64,000 nt of DNA, from assembly GCA_963834385.1 (NCBI GenBank), contig CAWIBO010000005.1, positions 192,001-256,000 of the forward strand, in the 5' to 3' direction. Origin of the DNA: an uncultured Verrucomicrobiae bacterium. GTDB taxonomy: Bacteria > Verrucomicrobiota > Verrucomicrobiia > Chthoniobacterales > UBA10450. This document shows, one piece after another, positions 43,228 through 53,675 of this stretch. A program made the translations under genes and the position numbers. Each line of letters begins with the position of its first letter. Positions within the stretch are counted from its first letter, which is position 1. The notes below the pieces were generated by a model that worked only from the letters and a program-made list of their open reading frames with translations, was not told the DNA's origin and ran no database searches.

Positions 43228-43527
43228 CTATTTCTCGAGCGGGACGTTGGCCTCTGCGTAGAGCTGGCGGCGCGCTTCCAACCAGTCGGTGTTGGCATCG
43301 CCCGGCAGGCCATGCTGATGGCGTTTCTCCGCCAGGAGATAGGCGCGCAGGCTGATTTCCTCGTGGGAAGGGGCGGTCTTCCCCTTCTTTTTTGCCGCGG
43401 CGGCGCGGGGAGCGCCGGCCTTTTTCGGCGCGGCTTTGCGTGGGCGTTTGGCGGACGCTTTGGCGCCGCCACTGGTCGAGGAAACGTTCTCCTCCTCGGA
43501 GCGGGTGGTTTTCTTTTTCTTGGGCAC
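43228..43527 (-). CDS. DUF2934-like protein with Lys-rich N-terminus
   Basis: EEISLRAYLLAEKR...G....DWLEA pattern. Confidence 0.75.
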   Translation of the reverse strand: MPKKKKTTRSEEENVSSTSGGAKASAKRPRKAAPKKAGAPRAAAAKKKGKTAPSHEEISLRAYLLAEKRHQHGLPGDANTDWLEARRQLYAEANVPLEK

Positions 43528-43710
43528 GGGTAGGGGGTTTTTTTCGGGGCAAACCGATAAGGGGAGCCCCGCGGTTGCGCAAGCGAAAATCTCGCCGCGG
43601 GGCTCTGGGGCGCAAATTGGAAATCAAGGGAAGTGCGTCAGGCGCGGCAGCAGGCTGGTCTGCTTCCTGCTTTAGAGGGCACCCGCAGTCATCCAAAACC
43701 TCTTAATCCT

Positions 43711-45453
43711 ATGCCAACTCTGTTTAAAAACCTCGCCTGCTTGATGGCGACCCTGGCCTGCACTGGCGTTATCGTCCACGCGCAGGAATCTGTTTCGCCC
43801 GCCGGCGAGAATCCGCCCGCGCTCATGCCGGCGGCACCCGCCGAGGCCGCTCCGGCCGCAGCCGCCGCTGAAGTCGGCGGTCTGCCCTCCGAGCCGCTCA
43901 TCGTGCAGGCCAATACCGCCGCACCCGCCCCGGCCGCTTCAGCCGCGCCGGAGCCGGTCCTTTCGGCCGACGCCACCACCGGCGGCGCCGCGGGGGACAA
44001 CGGCGGCGTGGCCGTGCGTGAATTTCAGGGGGATGACGTCGGCCAGGTCCTGCGTCTTCTTGCCCGCCAGGCCAAGATCAACATGGTCGTCAGCGAGGCG
44101 GTCCAGGGCACCGTGACCATGCGGCTGGAGAACGTGACCGCGCTGGAAGCGATCGCCATCATCGTCAAGGCCAAGGGTCTCTTCATGGACCAGATTGAGA
44201 ACGTTTACTACATCAAGACCGCGGCTGAGCGCACGGCTGAGCCGACGGAAAGCGACAGCTACCAGTTCAGTTATTCGCGGGCCAAGGATGCCGCCGTCCT
44301 GATCGCCTCCCAATTGCAGAGCAAGGAGCCGCCGCAGGTGGATGAGCGCACCAACATGGTGTTCTTCCGGGAGACCCGCAGCAACATCGACAACATTCGC
44401 CAGCTGCTCGTCCAGATCGACAAACCGACCAAGCAGGTCATGATCGAGGCGCGCCTCGTCGAGGTAAGCGCGAACCCGCGCCAGAGCTACGGCATCAACT
44501 GGGCCGGCGTGGTGGGCGGAGCGACCAATCCGCAGACCCTGACCTACGGCGCGTCCGGCCTCACCACCGGTGGCACCGGGGGAACCGGCGGCACGGGTGG
44601 GACCAACAATAACGTGCAGACCTCCGATTTCGCGGTCGATACCAAAAGCATCTTCGGCTCCCTCGTGGGTCAGTTCGCCATCCTTTCCGTGCCGCAGCTC
44701 TCCGTCACGCTGCAGGCGCTGAATGAGGATGCCGACGCCGAATTCCTGGCGAATCCCCGCATCGTGACGGCCGACAACCAGCAGGCCAAGATCGAGGTCA
44801 TCCGCAATCAGCCGGTGCCGCAGTTGAACTTCAACGAACAGACCGCCACGGCCGTCTTTGGCGGATTCGAGGACAAGAAATACGGCAACACCCTCCTGGT
44901 CCGTCCCTCGGTGAACAAGGACAACTTCGTCACCCTGAGCGTGAAACCCGAGATCAGCAACAAGGTCGCGGATGCCACCTTCGTCTTCGCCGGCGCGACC
45001 GTGACCAGCCCGATCATCGACACCCGCACCCTCGACTCGAACGTGCTGATCCGGAGCGGCGACACCCTCGCCATCGGCGGCCTGCTGCAGGATGAAACGA
45101 CCAAGGCCCGGACCAAGGTTCCGATCGCCGGTGACATTCCTCTCATCGGCTACTTCTTCCAGAGCCGGCAGAACGCCCGGGTGAAGCGCAACCTGCTCGT
45201 CTTCGTCACACCGACCATCCTCGATCCTCACTACGGCACGGGCCTCGAGGACCAGGTGAGCGGCCTCCATCACGTCGGCGAGGAATATGCCGATCCGAAC
45301 GGCTGGAGAAACAATGCCAAGGGCGGCGTTCGCCTCGTTCCGACATCAAACCGCCAGAACGTGGCCGATTACCCGAAACCGGGTGTGCCGCCGGCGCCGG
45401 TCAAGGGTGGACGCGTGCAATTCATGAGCACGGCCAAGGACCGGAGCTTCTAA
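43711..45453 (+). CDS. Secretin (PilQ/GspD-like)
   Basis: QIDKPTKQVMIEARLVEV, NPRIVTADNQQA, GDTLAIGGL, KVPIAGDIPLIGYFF, LLVFVTPTI. Confidence 0.92.
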   Translation: MPTLFKNLACLMATLACTGVIVHAQESVSPAGENPPALMPAAPAEAAPAAAAAEVGGLPSEPLIVQANTAAPAPAASAAPEPVLSADATTGGAAGDNGGVAVREFQGDDVGQVLRLLARQAKINMVVSEAVQGTVTMRLENVTALEAIAIIVKAKGLFMDQIENVYYIKTAAERTAEPTESDSYQFSYSRAKDAAVLIASQLQSKEPPQVDERTNMVFFRETRSNIDNIRQLLVQIDKPTKQVMIEARLVEVSANPRQSYGINWAGVVGGATNPQTLTYGASGLTTGGTGGTGGTGGTNNNVQTSDFAVDTKSIFGSLVGQFAILSVPQLSVTLQALNEDADAEFLANPRIVTADNQQAKIEVIRNQPVPQLNFNEQTATAVFGGFEDKKYGNTLLVRPSVNKDNFVTLSVKPEISNKVADATFVFAGATVTSPIIDTRTLDSNVLIRSGDTLAIGGLLQDETTKARTKVPIAGDIPLIGYFFQSRQNARVKRNLLVFVTPTILDPHYGTGLEDQVSGLHHVGEEYADPNGWRNNAKGGVRLVPTSNRQNVADYPKPGVPPAPVKGGRVQFMSTAKDRSF

Positions 45454-45476
45454 CAACTTTTAAGGGTTGGGGTTGA

Positions 45477-45510
45477 GAGGGGGCGGGATCCGCAAGGGTT
45501 CCGCCCTCTT
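45477..45510. terminator. Hairpin between the convergent secretin and ECF genes
   Basis: GGGCGGGATCC-GCAA-GGGTTCCGCCC stem-loop. Confidence 0.55.
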
Positions 45511-46099
45511 AATTTTCCAGATAGGAGGCGAGGCGCTGGCGCAGCTCGGTGCGGGCACGGAAGAGGAGACTTTTCACCCCGGGGACCGATTGTTCCAGGA
45601 CCTCGGCAATTTCCTCATAACTGAGCTCGTCGTAGCGGCGCAGGATCAGGGCAAGGCGCTGTTGTTCGGGAAGTTGCGCAATGGCGGCCCGGACCGCGCG
45701 CTCCAGCTCGCCCTGGAGCAGGACGGCATCCGGCCCGCGGGCGGCCTCCGTGGTTCCGGGAGGCGGCTCTCCTTCGGGGTCGAGCGTGGGAAGAACGGGC
45801 GACCGTTTCCGGCGGCGCATCTCGTTAAAGACAAGGTTGCGCGTGATGGTCAGGAGCCAGGTGGTGAACCGGGCCTGCGGCCGGTAGCGGGAGGCGCTTT
45901 TCCAGACCCGGAGAAAAACCTGCTGGGCGATGTCCTCCGCCTCCGCGGCATCGCCGAGCATGCGGGCAATGGTGCCGACAACGAGAAACTGGTGGCGCTC
46001 GACCAGGGCGGCGAACGCGGCGGTCTCCCCGCGCCCGGAGCGTTCCATCAGAACAAGATCGGACGGTTCGTCCCCGCTTTCCGGTGTCGATTCAGCCAT
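45509..46099 (-). CDS. ECF-family sigma-70 factor
   Basis: AEDIAQQVFLRVW, FTTWLLTITRN, LSYEEIAEVL...VKSLLFRAR. Confidence 0.93.
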   Translation of the reverse strand: MAESTPESGDEPSDLVLMERSGRGETAAFAALVERHQFLVVGTIARMLGDAAEAEDIAQQVFLRVWKSASRYRPQARFTTWLLTITRNLVFNEMRRRKRSPVLPTLDPEGEPPPGTTEAARGPDAVLLQGELERAVRAAIAQLPEQQRLALILRRYDELSYEEIAEVLEQSVPGVKSLLFRARTELRQRLASYLEN

Positions 46100-46254
46100 T
46101 GGTAAAGCGGATTGGACAGGCATCTCTTCCCCGGCATTCAACCCGGGCCGGGCCCCAAGGTTGCGCGGCCATTCGGCCGGGGGAAAAAGCGGTCATAGTT
46201 GTTGCGCGCGAGAGGGGCCGTGTGCATGATAGGCAGCTTAGAATCGCCCCCTCG

Positions 46255-47409
46255 ATGAATTTGTCGCTTATTCCGAAAGACCTGCGCCCGATCGCGGAGA
46301 AAGTCATGGCCCAAACCCGCATCTCGGAGGCGGACGCGCTCCAGCTGTATCGGTCGAGTGATCTGAATGCGCTCGGGCTGATGGCCTCGGTGGTGCGCGA
46401 ACGGAAAAATGGCAACGCGGCCACCTACATCCTGAATCGCTACATCAATTATTCGAACATCTGCATTCTTTCCTGCCAGTTTTGCGCCTTTGCCGCGCGC
46501 AAACGCGATGCGCACGCCTTCGAGCGCTCGATTGAGGATATCACGGGAGCGGTACAGGATGCGCTCGGGTCCGGCATCACCGAGGTGCACATGGTGGGGG
46601 GACTGCATCCCACCCTGCCCAAGGAATGGTATATCGATCTGCTGCACAGCCTTCGCGCCCTTGATCCCAATCTCCATCTGAAGGCGTTTACCGCGATCGA
46701 GATCCGCCACCTGGCCCAGCGCATTTTTCGCCGGCCCATTCCCGAGACCCTCGAGATCCTGCGCGCGGCCGGGCTCGGCTCGCTCACAGGTGGCGGGGCG
46801 GAAATTTTTGATGCGGCGGTGCGCGACGAGATTTGCCGGGGCAAGGAAAGCGCGGAGGAATGGCTCGAAGTTCACCGGGCCTGGCATCAGATGGGCGAGC
46901 GCAGCACCTGCACCATGCTTTATGGCCACATCGAGACTCTCGAGCAGCGCGTCGATCATCTGCGGCAGTTGCGCGAACTCCAGGATGAAACGGGCGGCTT
47001 CACCGGGTTCGTTCCCTTTGCCTTTGAACCGCAGACCACCATTTTGGCGCATGTGAAGGCCGCCACCGCCGTGGAACAGCTCCGCAACCTCGCCGTCAGC
47101 CGCATCTATTTCGATAACGTCGATCATCTCACCGCCTATTGGGTCAGCATGGGCCTGCCCCTGGCGCAGGTCGCCCTGGCCTATGGCGTGGATGATCTCC
47201 ATGGCACCATCATGGAGGAGAAAATCTTCCACATGGCGGGGGCGAAAACGCCGCAGGAACAGACCGTGGCCGCCCTGCAGCACGCCATCCGCGAGGCCGG
47301 GCGGGAACCGGTCCAGCGCGACAGTTATTATCGGCACCTGGCCGGTCCTTCCGTTCCCCGGCCGGTGCCGGCAGCCGACGAGCCGACCGGTGCGCTCGTC
47401 TGCGCCTGA
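46255..47409 (+). CDS. mqnE: Aminofutalosine synthase (radical SAM)
   Basis: NYSNICILSCQFCAF, HMVGGLHP, GGGAEIF, MLYGHIE, EEKIFHMAGA; adjacent to mqnA. Confidence 0.88.
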   Translation: MNLSLIPKDLRPIAEKVMAQTRISEADALQLYRSSDLNALGLMASVVRERKNGNAATYILNRYINYSNICILSCQFCAFAARKRDAHAFERSIEDITGAVQDALGSGITEVHMVGGLHPTLPKEWYIDLLHSLRALDPNLHLKAFTAIEIRHLAQRIFRRPIPETLEILRAAGLGSLTGGGAEIFDAAVRDEICRGKESAEEWLEVHRAWHQMGERSTCTMLYGHIETLEQRVDHLRQLRELQDETGGFTGFVPFAFEPQTTILAHVKAATAVEQLRNLAVSRIYFDNVDHLTAYWVSMGLPLAQVALAYGVDDLHGTIMEEKIFHMAGAKTPQEQTVAALQHAIREAGREPVQRDSYYRHLAGPSVPRPVPAADEPTGALVCA

Positions 47410-47412
47410 GGC

Positions 47413-48192
47413 GTGGCTGCCCCGGAACCGCGGCTCGGTTGTGTCGGTTATCTCAACGCGCGGCCGCTGATCGAAGGCTGGGAGGGTCCGGTTGCGTTTG
47501 ACCATCCGGCGGCTCTTTGCCGGAAGCTCGCCCAGGGTGAACTCGACGTCGCGCTTGTCTCCAGTTTCGAGTTCCTGCGCAACCCGATCTATCGGGTGGT
47601 GGACAGCGTGGCCATCGCCGCCGACGGCCCGGTGGAAAGCGTCTTTGTCCTTTCCGATGATCCGCTGGAGCGCTTGCACACGATCGAACTCGATCCGGCC
47701 TCGCTGACCTCGGTCAACCTGCTCTCCTGCCTGCTCGCGGGATGCGGCCTCTCCGGCATCGAATTGAAGTCACCCGAGCGGCACCCGGAGGAGGCGCTAC
47801 CGGCCGGAACCGGGCGCCTGTTTATCGGGGACCAGGCGCTTCGGGCGCGCCGGCGCGGGGCCGCGGCACACTATTGGGACCTGGGGAAAGCCTGGCGGGA
47901 TCTGACAGGGCTGCCGTTTGTCTTTGCCCTCTGGCTGGTGCGCCCGGAGTGGAAGGAGCCGGCCGGGGTGGCCGAACGGCTGCGGGCGGTCAAGGCGGCG
48001 AACATGAAGCGTCTGCCGGAGCTGGCGCGCACGCAGGATCTTCTGGCGCCGTCTCTTTGCGAGACCTATTGGCGGGACCGGTTGCGATTTGAATTCGCGG
48101 ACCGGGAAAAGGAGGGGCTACGGGTTTTCGAGAAGCGATGCGCGGAGCTGGGGTTACTGGAAAAGAAGCAACGGGAGCTGCATCTCGTTTAG
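47413..48192 (+). CDS. mqnA: Chorismate dehydratase
   Basis: VGYLNARPL, GPVESV, SLTSVNL, LFIGDQAL, TGLPFVFALW. Confidence 0.88.
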   Translation: MAAPEPRLGCVGYLNARPLIEGWEGPVAFDHPAALCRKLAQGELDVALVSSFEFLRNPIYRVVDSVAIAADGPVESVFVLSDDPLERLHTIELDPASLTSVNLLSCLLAGCGLSGIELKSPERHPEEALPAGTGRLFIGDQALRARRRGAAAHYWDLGKAWRDLTGLPFVFALWLVRPEWKEPAGVAERLRAVKAANMKRLPELARTQDLLAPSLCETYWRDRLRFEFADREKEGLRVFEKRCAELGLLEKKQRELHLV

Positions 48193-48279
48193 TCCGGACC
48201 GGCGGCGTGCGCATCGGCATCTCCGGGTGGCGGCGGCTTGGTTTTGTTGTCACGCCGGATGACCGGGATACGTTGCCCG

Positions 48280-49977
48280 GTGGAACAACAGTGGATCGTG
48301 GCGCCGCGACGCGAACCCGGCGGTGACGGCATCCGCTGGGAGGAAATCTGCGCCCTTCCCTGCATTATCCACCTGCTCAAGGCGCGCGGCTTGGGCTCCG
48401 CCGAGGAGGTGCGCGCCTTTCTCCATCCCCGGCTTGGAGGTTTGCGCGATCCCTTTGCCCTCGGCGGCATGACGGCGGCGGTCGATCGCATTCTTCAGGC
48501 CATCGACCGGTCGGAGTGCGTGGTCCTCTACGGCGACTACGACGTGGATGGCGTGACCTCGCTCGCCTTGCTTGGTGACGTGCTCGAAGCCTACGGCGGG
48601 ACGGTGAAGCGTTTTCTGCCCTGGCGGATGTCGGAAGGCTACGGCCTGAGCACGGAAGGACTCGAACGCTGCTGCCGCGAACAGGGGCCCGATTTGCTCA
48701 TCGCGGTCGATTGCGGCACCTCTTCGGTGGCGGAGATCGCGGCGCTGGCCGGCCGGGGCATCGACATCATCGTGGTTGACCATCATGAGCCGAAGGGGGA
48801 AACCCCGGCCTGCGTCGCCCTGGTCAACCCCCGGGTCCACGGCAACACCGAGGCGTTTCCACTGTGCAGCGTGGCCCTTTGCTTCAAGGTTTGCCACGCA
48901 CTCCTCAAGCGTCGCCCCTTGCCGGGGTTTGATTTGCGCGACCACCTGGACCTCGTTGCCCTCGGGACGGTGGCCGACATCGTGCCGCTCGAGAGCGAGA
49001 ACCGGATTTTGGTGGCGCGGGGCAGCCTGCGGATTGCGCGCTCCGGTCGTCCCGGTCTTCGGCGGCTCATGGCCGTGGCCGGCGTCAAATCCGCGGTCAC
49101 GCCAATCGATATCGGGTATCGCCTGGGACCGCGCCTGAATGCAGCGGGACGTTTGAGCACGGCGGAGCAGGCTCTTCGTCTGCTGACAACGCAAGACGAT
49201 CAGGAGGCGGCAGAGCTGGCCAGGGCGCTCGACCAGCAAAACCGGGAGCGGCAGGAGGTGGAGAAACGGATCTATCAGGAAGCCGAGGAGATGGCCATCG
49301 CGTCGTTGGATGACACCGTTCCAGCAATCGTCCTGGGCGCGGAGGGCTGGCATCCGGGCGTGCTCGGGATCGTGGCCGGCCGGTTGGTCCGAAAATTCCA
49401 TCGGCCGGCCATCGTAATTGGTTTCGACGAAACCGGCCTGGGGAAGGGGAGCGGCCGGAGCATCGAGGGGTTTTCGCTGGTCACGGCCCTGGGCGAATGC
49501 GCCGGGCTGCTGGAGAAATATGGCGGTCACGCCATGGCCGCGGGCGTCGCCTTGCGCCGGGAGCGGCTGGAGGAGTTCCGGGCCTCCTTTCTGGCCGCGG
49601 CCGGGCGTCGCTTAACTCCGGATGATCTTCGTCCCAAACTGCGGATCGACTACGAGGTCACGCTGGGCGAGATCGATCACGACTTCTTTCGCTGGCACGA
49701 GGCCCTGCAGCCTTTCGGCAGTGGGAACCCCCAGCCTCTTTTTCTCGCCCGTGGGGTGGAACCGGCGGTGCCGCCCCGGGTGGTGGGCGAACGGCACTTC
49801 TCGTTGCGGTTGCGGCAGCAGGGCCGCTCGCACCGCGCCATTTTCTTTGACGGCGCGCAGGAGCCCCTGCCGCCACCGCCGTGGGATGTCGCTTTCCGGC
49901 TCCAGAGCGATGAGTACGAAGGGCTGCTGAGGTTGCAGTTGCAAGTGCAGGCAATCCGCCGGACGACTTTCGCCTGA
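48280..49977 (+). CDS. recJ: ssDNA exonuclease RecJ
   Basis: YGDYDVDG, VDCG, DHH, GTVADIVPL, PRLNAAGR, GGHAMAAG. Confidence 0.96.
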   Translation: MEQQWIVAPRREPGGDGIRWEEICALPCIIHLLKARGLGSAEEVRAFLHPRLGGLRDPFALGGMTAAVDRILQAIDRSECVVLYGDYDVDGVTSLALLGDVLEAYGGTVKRFLPWRMSEGYGLSTEGLERCCREQGPDLLIAVDCGTSSVAEIAALAGRGIDIIVVDHHEPKGETPACVALVNPRVHGNTEAFPLCSVALCFKVCHALLKRRPLPGFDLRDHLDLVALGTVADIVPLESENRILVARGSLRIARSGRPGLRRLMAVAGVKSAVTPIDIGYRLGPRLNAAGRLSTAEQALRLLTTQDDQEAAELARALDQQNRERQEVEKRIYQEAEEMAIASLDDTVPAIVLGAEGWHPGVLGIVAGRLVRKFHRPAIVIGFDETGLGKGSGRSIEGFSLVTALGECAGLLEKYGGHAMAAGVALRRERLEEFRASFLAAAGRRLTPDDLRPKLRIDYEVTLGEIDHDFFRWHEALQPFGSGNPQPLFLARGVEPAVPPRVVGERHFSLRLRQQGRSHRAIFFDGAQEPLPPPPWDVAFRLQSDEYEGLLRLQLQVQAIRRTTFA

Positions 49978-52052
49978 TGCTGGCTCTCTCGCATCCCCTG
50001 GGGGAACTGGATTGGATTCCGCGGCCCCGCCTGACCGCCTTGAAGCGGCTGGGTCTGCTGACCGTGGGGGATCTTCTCACCCATTACCCGCGGCGACATG
50101 AGGATCGCCGCGAGTTTCCCTCCTTCCCGCGCGACGAAAGCGACCAGCCGGTCTGCGTCTGCGGCGAGGTGGTCAACACGTCGGTGCGGCGTTTCGGCGG
50201 CTGGAAGAAGATATTCGAGGCGACCCTGCAGGAAGAGGAGGCAAACGCCCTGAGCCAGCCGCTCATCCTGCGCTGGTTCAACCTGCATTACGTGCAGAAG
50301 ATGATCGCGACCGGCCAGCGGCTGGTTGTCTTCGGGAAGCCGCGCCGCCGCGGTCAGCGGCTCTGTCTCGAGCATCCCGAGTTCGAGATCATCGAGGAGG
50401 ATGACGAAATCTCCGTCCATTTCCGCAGAATCACCCCGATTCACCCGGCCACCGAGGGACTTTCCCAGCGCGCTCTGCGCAGTCTGATCCATCGCCTGCT
50501 CGAGGAGCTCGACCCGGCAGACGTTACGGAGCTCCTGCCACCCGCGCTGCGCGTGGGCGACCGCCTCCGGGCGCTGCACGAGATTCATTTTCCCACCAAC
50601 GCGGAGAGCCTGGCCGAGGCGCGGACCCAGCTTGTCCTCACCGAATTTTTCGCTCTGCAGCTGACCATCGCGCATCGCCGCGCGGAGATGGTGCGACGCA
50701 CCGGTATCGCGCATGCGGGGGATGGCCGTCTGGTGGAGAAATTCCTCCAGGCGCTTCCATTTCAACTGACCGGGGCGCAGGCGCGTGTCCTTGAAGAAGT
50801 GAAGCGTGATCTGGCCTCGAGTTTTCCGATGAACCGGCTCCTGCAGGGGGATGTCGGCTCCGGTAAAACCGTGGTGGCCGTCGCGGCGATGCTTGCGGCC
50901 GTCGAGGCCGGCTCGCGCGCCGCGCTCATGGCCCCGACGCAGATCCTGGCCGAGCAGCATTATGGGGTGATTGGGCGCTGGCTCGAGCCGCTGGGGTTGC
51001 GGGTGGGGTTGCGCACCGGCGCGCGGCAGGAGGAGACGGGAGCCATGCCCCTTTTCGGGGGAGCGAACGCCGAGGACGGCCTGCCGCAGATCGTGATCGG
51101 CACGCATGCCCTCCTGCAGGAAGGCGTGCCGCTGGAAAGGCTCGGGCTGGTGGTGATCGATGAGCAGCACAAGTTCGGTGTGGCCCAACGCGCGCGCCTG
51201 ACCGCACGCGAACCGGCGCCGGACGTCCTTGTGATGACCGCGACCCCTATTCCCCGGACCCTGACCATGACCCTTTACGGTGACCTGGATATCTCGGTGG
51301 TGGATGAGATGCCGGCGGAACGGGGACGATTGCGCACGGCCGTGCGGAAACGGGAAAAGCTGCCGGAAGTGCTGACCTTTTTGCGACGGGAACTGGAGGC
51401 CGGCCGGCAGGCCTACGTGGTGCACGCCTTGATTGATGAGAGCCAGAAACTCAGCGCCAGGGCGGCGGCGGCGGAATATGCCACATGGTGTGAGCGCATC
51501 CAGCCTTTCCACTGCGAGCTGCTCCACGGGCGGGTCGCGCCGGCGGAGAAGGAGGCGATCATGGAGCGATTTCGGCGGGGCGAGACCCACCTGCTCATCA
51601 GCACCACGGTCATCGAGGTTGGCGTCGATGTGCCCAACGCCACGATCATGATCATCGAGGACGCCGACCGGTTTGGCCTCTCTCAGTTGCATCAATTGCG
51701 AGGACGCATTGGCCGTGGGCGACACGACTCCTACTGCATCCTGTTGAGCGATGCGGTCGAGGAGGAAGCCGTGGGAAAACTGGGCGTGCTGGAGAAAACA
51801 CGCGACGGCTTTGCCATCGCCGAGGCCGACTGGGATCTCCGCGGGCCGGGGGATCTCCTCGGCACCGCCCAGAGCGGGCTCCCCGGTTTAAAACTTGGCG
51901 ATCTGCGCAGGGACGCCGACCTTATGCGGAAGGCGCGCGCGGCGGCGGTGCTCCTGACGGAGAAAGACCCGCGGCTGGAGCGGGTGGAAAATCAACATTT
52001 CCGGCGCTTGGTTGTCGAAGAAACCGGACGCGCCTTTGCGGACGTTGGATAA
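49977..52052 (+). CDS. recG: ATP-dependent DNA helicase RecG
   Basis: RLLQGDVGSGKT, DEQHKFG, TATPIPRTL, QLHQLRGRIGRG, RGPGD. Confidence 0.97.
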   Translation: MLALSHPLGELDWIPRPRLTALKRLGLLTVGDLLTHYPRRHEDRREFPSFPRDESDQPVCVCGEVVNTSVRRFGGWKKIFEATLQEEEANALSQPLILRWFNLHYVQKMIATGQRLVVFGKPRRRGQRLCLEHPEFEIIEEDDEISVHFRRITPIHPATEGLSQRALRSLIHRLLEELDPADVTELLPPALRVGDRLRALHEIHFPTNAESLAEARTQLVLTEFFALQLTIAHRRAEMVRRTGIAHAGDGRLVEKFLQALPFQLTGAQARVLEEVKRDLASSFPMNRLLQGDVGSGKTVVAVAAMLAAVEAGSRAALMAPTQILAEQHYGVIGRWLEPLGLRVGLRTGARQEETGAMPLFGGANAEDGLPQIVIGTHALLQEGVPLERLGLVVIDEQHKFGVAQRARLTAREPAPDVLVMTATPIPRTLTMTLYGDLDISVVDEMPAERGRLRTAVRKREKLPEVLTFLRRELEAGRQAYVVHALIDESQKLSARAAAAEYATWCERIQPFHCELLHGRVAPAEKEAIMERFRRGETHLLISTTVIEVGVDVPNATIMIIEDADRFGLSQLHQLRGRIGRGRHDSYCILLSDAVEEEAVGKLGVLEKTRDGFAIAEADWDLRGPGDLLGTAQSGLPGLKLGDLRRDADLMRKARAAAVLLTEKDPRLERVENQHFRRLVVEETGRAFADVG

Positions 52053-53572
52053 TGAAAAATCTCGCCAAATTTTTGCTCTTTGTCGTTCTGCTGAGCCTCG
52101 GGATCTCCCTGCTCTACGACTATCAGATGAAGCGGGGCGGGCTGGGTCTGCTGGCCCGGGTCACGCCGGAGAAGTATACCCTGGCGACCGAGCCGTTGAT
52201 CGACCCTAAAACCGTCCCGGCGCTGGCCTCCCTGGAGAATGACCGGCGGGCGCTGGTCAAGAGTGTCATCCCGTCAGTGGTCAGCCTGCGCACCATGCGC
52301 AAGGTGGCGGTGCGCCGGGCTTATGGCCTTGATCCGTTCGAATTTTTCAATCGCAACCCGCGGCAGTTCCGCATCCCGAACGAGGAGGCGATGGTGCAAA
52401 ACTCCCTCGGTTCCGGGGTGATCGTTTCCGAGGAGGGACACATCATCACCAACAACCACGTGGTCGACCAGGTGGATGAGATCGAGGTGCAGCTGCACGA
52501 TGGCCGGACGAAACGGGCCCGCGTGGTCGGGGCTGATGCCCAGGCGGACCTCGCCGTTCTCAAAATCGATGAGCCGAATGTGAAGCCGCTGAAGTTTGGC
52601 GATTCCGATCTGGTGGAGACCGGCGACTACGTCCTCGCGGTGGGCAATCCCTTCGGTTTTGATGAAACGGTCACGGACGGGATCATCAGCTCAAAAGGGC
52701 GCCCAAATCGCGTGGATGGTTTCGGCGATTTCCTGCAGACGAACGCGGCCATCAATCCGGGCAACAGCGGCGGACCGCTCATCAATCTCCGCGGTGAAAT
52801 CATCGGGGTTAACACCGCCATCATCTCCCGCAGCGGCGGTTCGCAGGGGATCGGGTTTGCCATCCCCTCGAACACGGTCAAAGCCGCGCTGGAGAGCCTG
52901 CTCAAGCAGGGCCGGATCATCCGCGGCTACCTCGGGATCCAGACCAACGTCACCCAGCAGCAGCAGTTCGACCGCGGCCAGGGTGGGGAAGGCGTGGTCG
53001 TGGGAGACGTGGTGCCCGGGTCGCCGGCAGCGGAGGCCGCCCTTCAGCCGGGCGACATCATCGTGAAGTTCGACGGTCATGAGGTGAAGACTTTCCCGGA
53101 GTTGCGTTCCCGGGTGTCGCAGGCGGAGTTGAACAAGGAGATCGAGCTGGAAATCATGCGCGGGGGCAAGGCGCGCACGGTGAAAACCACCATCCGTGAG
53201 CAGCCCGTCGATTACCTTTCCGCGGGTCGGGGCCCCGGGCCCAATCAGCCCCCGGCCGCTCCCGGAGACGAGGAGGAAGCGGAGCCCGCCGAGAACGCGC
53301 TCGCGGGCATCAAGGTCATTGAGCTGACGCCGCAGGTGGCGCGGCAGCTCGGAGTGCCCTCTTCCATCCGTGGCGTGGTGGTCGCCTCGGTGGACGCACG
53401 GGCCGGGCTGGAACTGCGCCAGGGCGACGTGATCGAGGAGATCAACCAGCAGCCGGTCACCGGCGTCGACGAATTCAACCAGGTCGTCTCCGGCCTGGAG
53501 GCGGACCGTCCCATTGTCCTATCCGTCAGCCGGGGTCGTAGCCGGTCCTTCATTGTCCTGCGCCGCAGATAG
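52052..53572 (+). CDS. HtrA/DegP-type serine protease with two PDZ domains
   Basis: GSGVI, TNNHVV, DLAVLKI, INPGNSGGPL. Confidence 0.94.
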   Translation: MKNLAKFLLFVVLLSLGISLLYDYQMKRGGLGLLARVTPEKYTLATEPLIDPKTVPALASLENDRRALVKSVIPSVVSLRTMRKVAVRRAYGLDPFEFFNRNPRQFRIPNEEAMVQNSLGSGVIVSEEGHIITNNHVVDQVDEIEVQLHDGRTKRARVVGADAQADLAVLKIDEPNVKPLKFGDSDLVETGDYVLAVGNPFGFDETVTDGIISSKGRPNRVDGFGDFLQTNAAINPGNSGGPLINLRGEIIGVNTAIISRSGGSQGIGFAIPSNTVKAALESLLKQGRIIRGYLGIQTNVTQQQQFDRGQGGEGVVVGDVVPGSPAAEAALQPGDIIVKFDGHEVKTFPELRSRVSQAELNKEIELEIMRGGKARTVKTTIREQPVDYLSAGRGPGPNQPPAAPGDEEEAEPAENALAGIKVIELTPQVARQLGVPSSIRGVVVASVDARAGLELRQGDVIEEINQQPVTGVDEFNQVVSGLEADRPIVLSVSRGRSRSFIVLRRR

Positions 53573-53675
53573 ATATTCGCATTCTTGAGCACGCGAAAAA
53601 GCGCCCGTCCGCGATTCCTTTTTTGAATAATCCTCCCCACGGGAGGGTCTACCTCAACCAGTCATCAGACCAACT

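Noticed and set aside
46135..46170. ECF autoregulatory promoter (GCAACC-N15-GGTTG on the minus strand)
   Set aside because: Plausible but too degenerate to support from a single instance.
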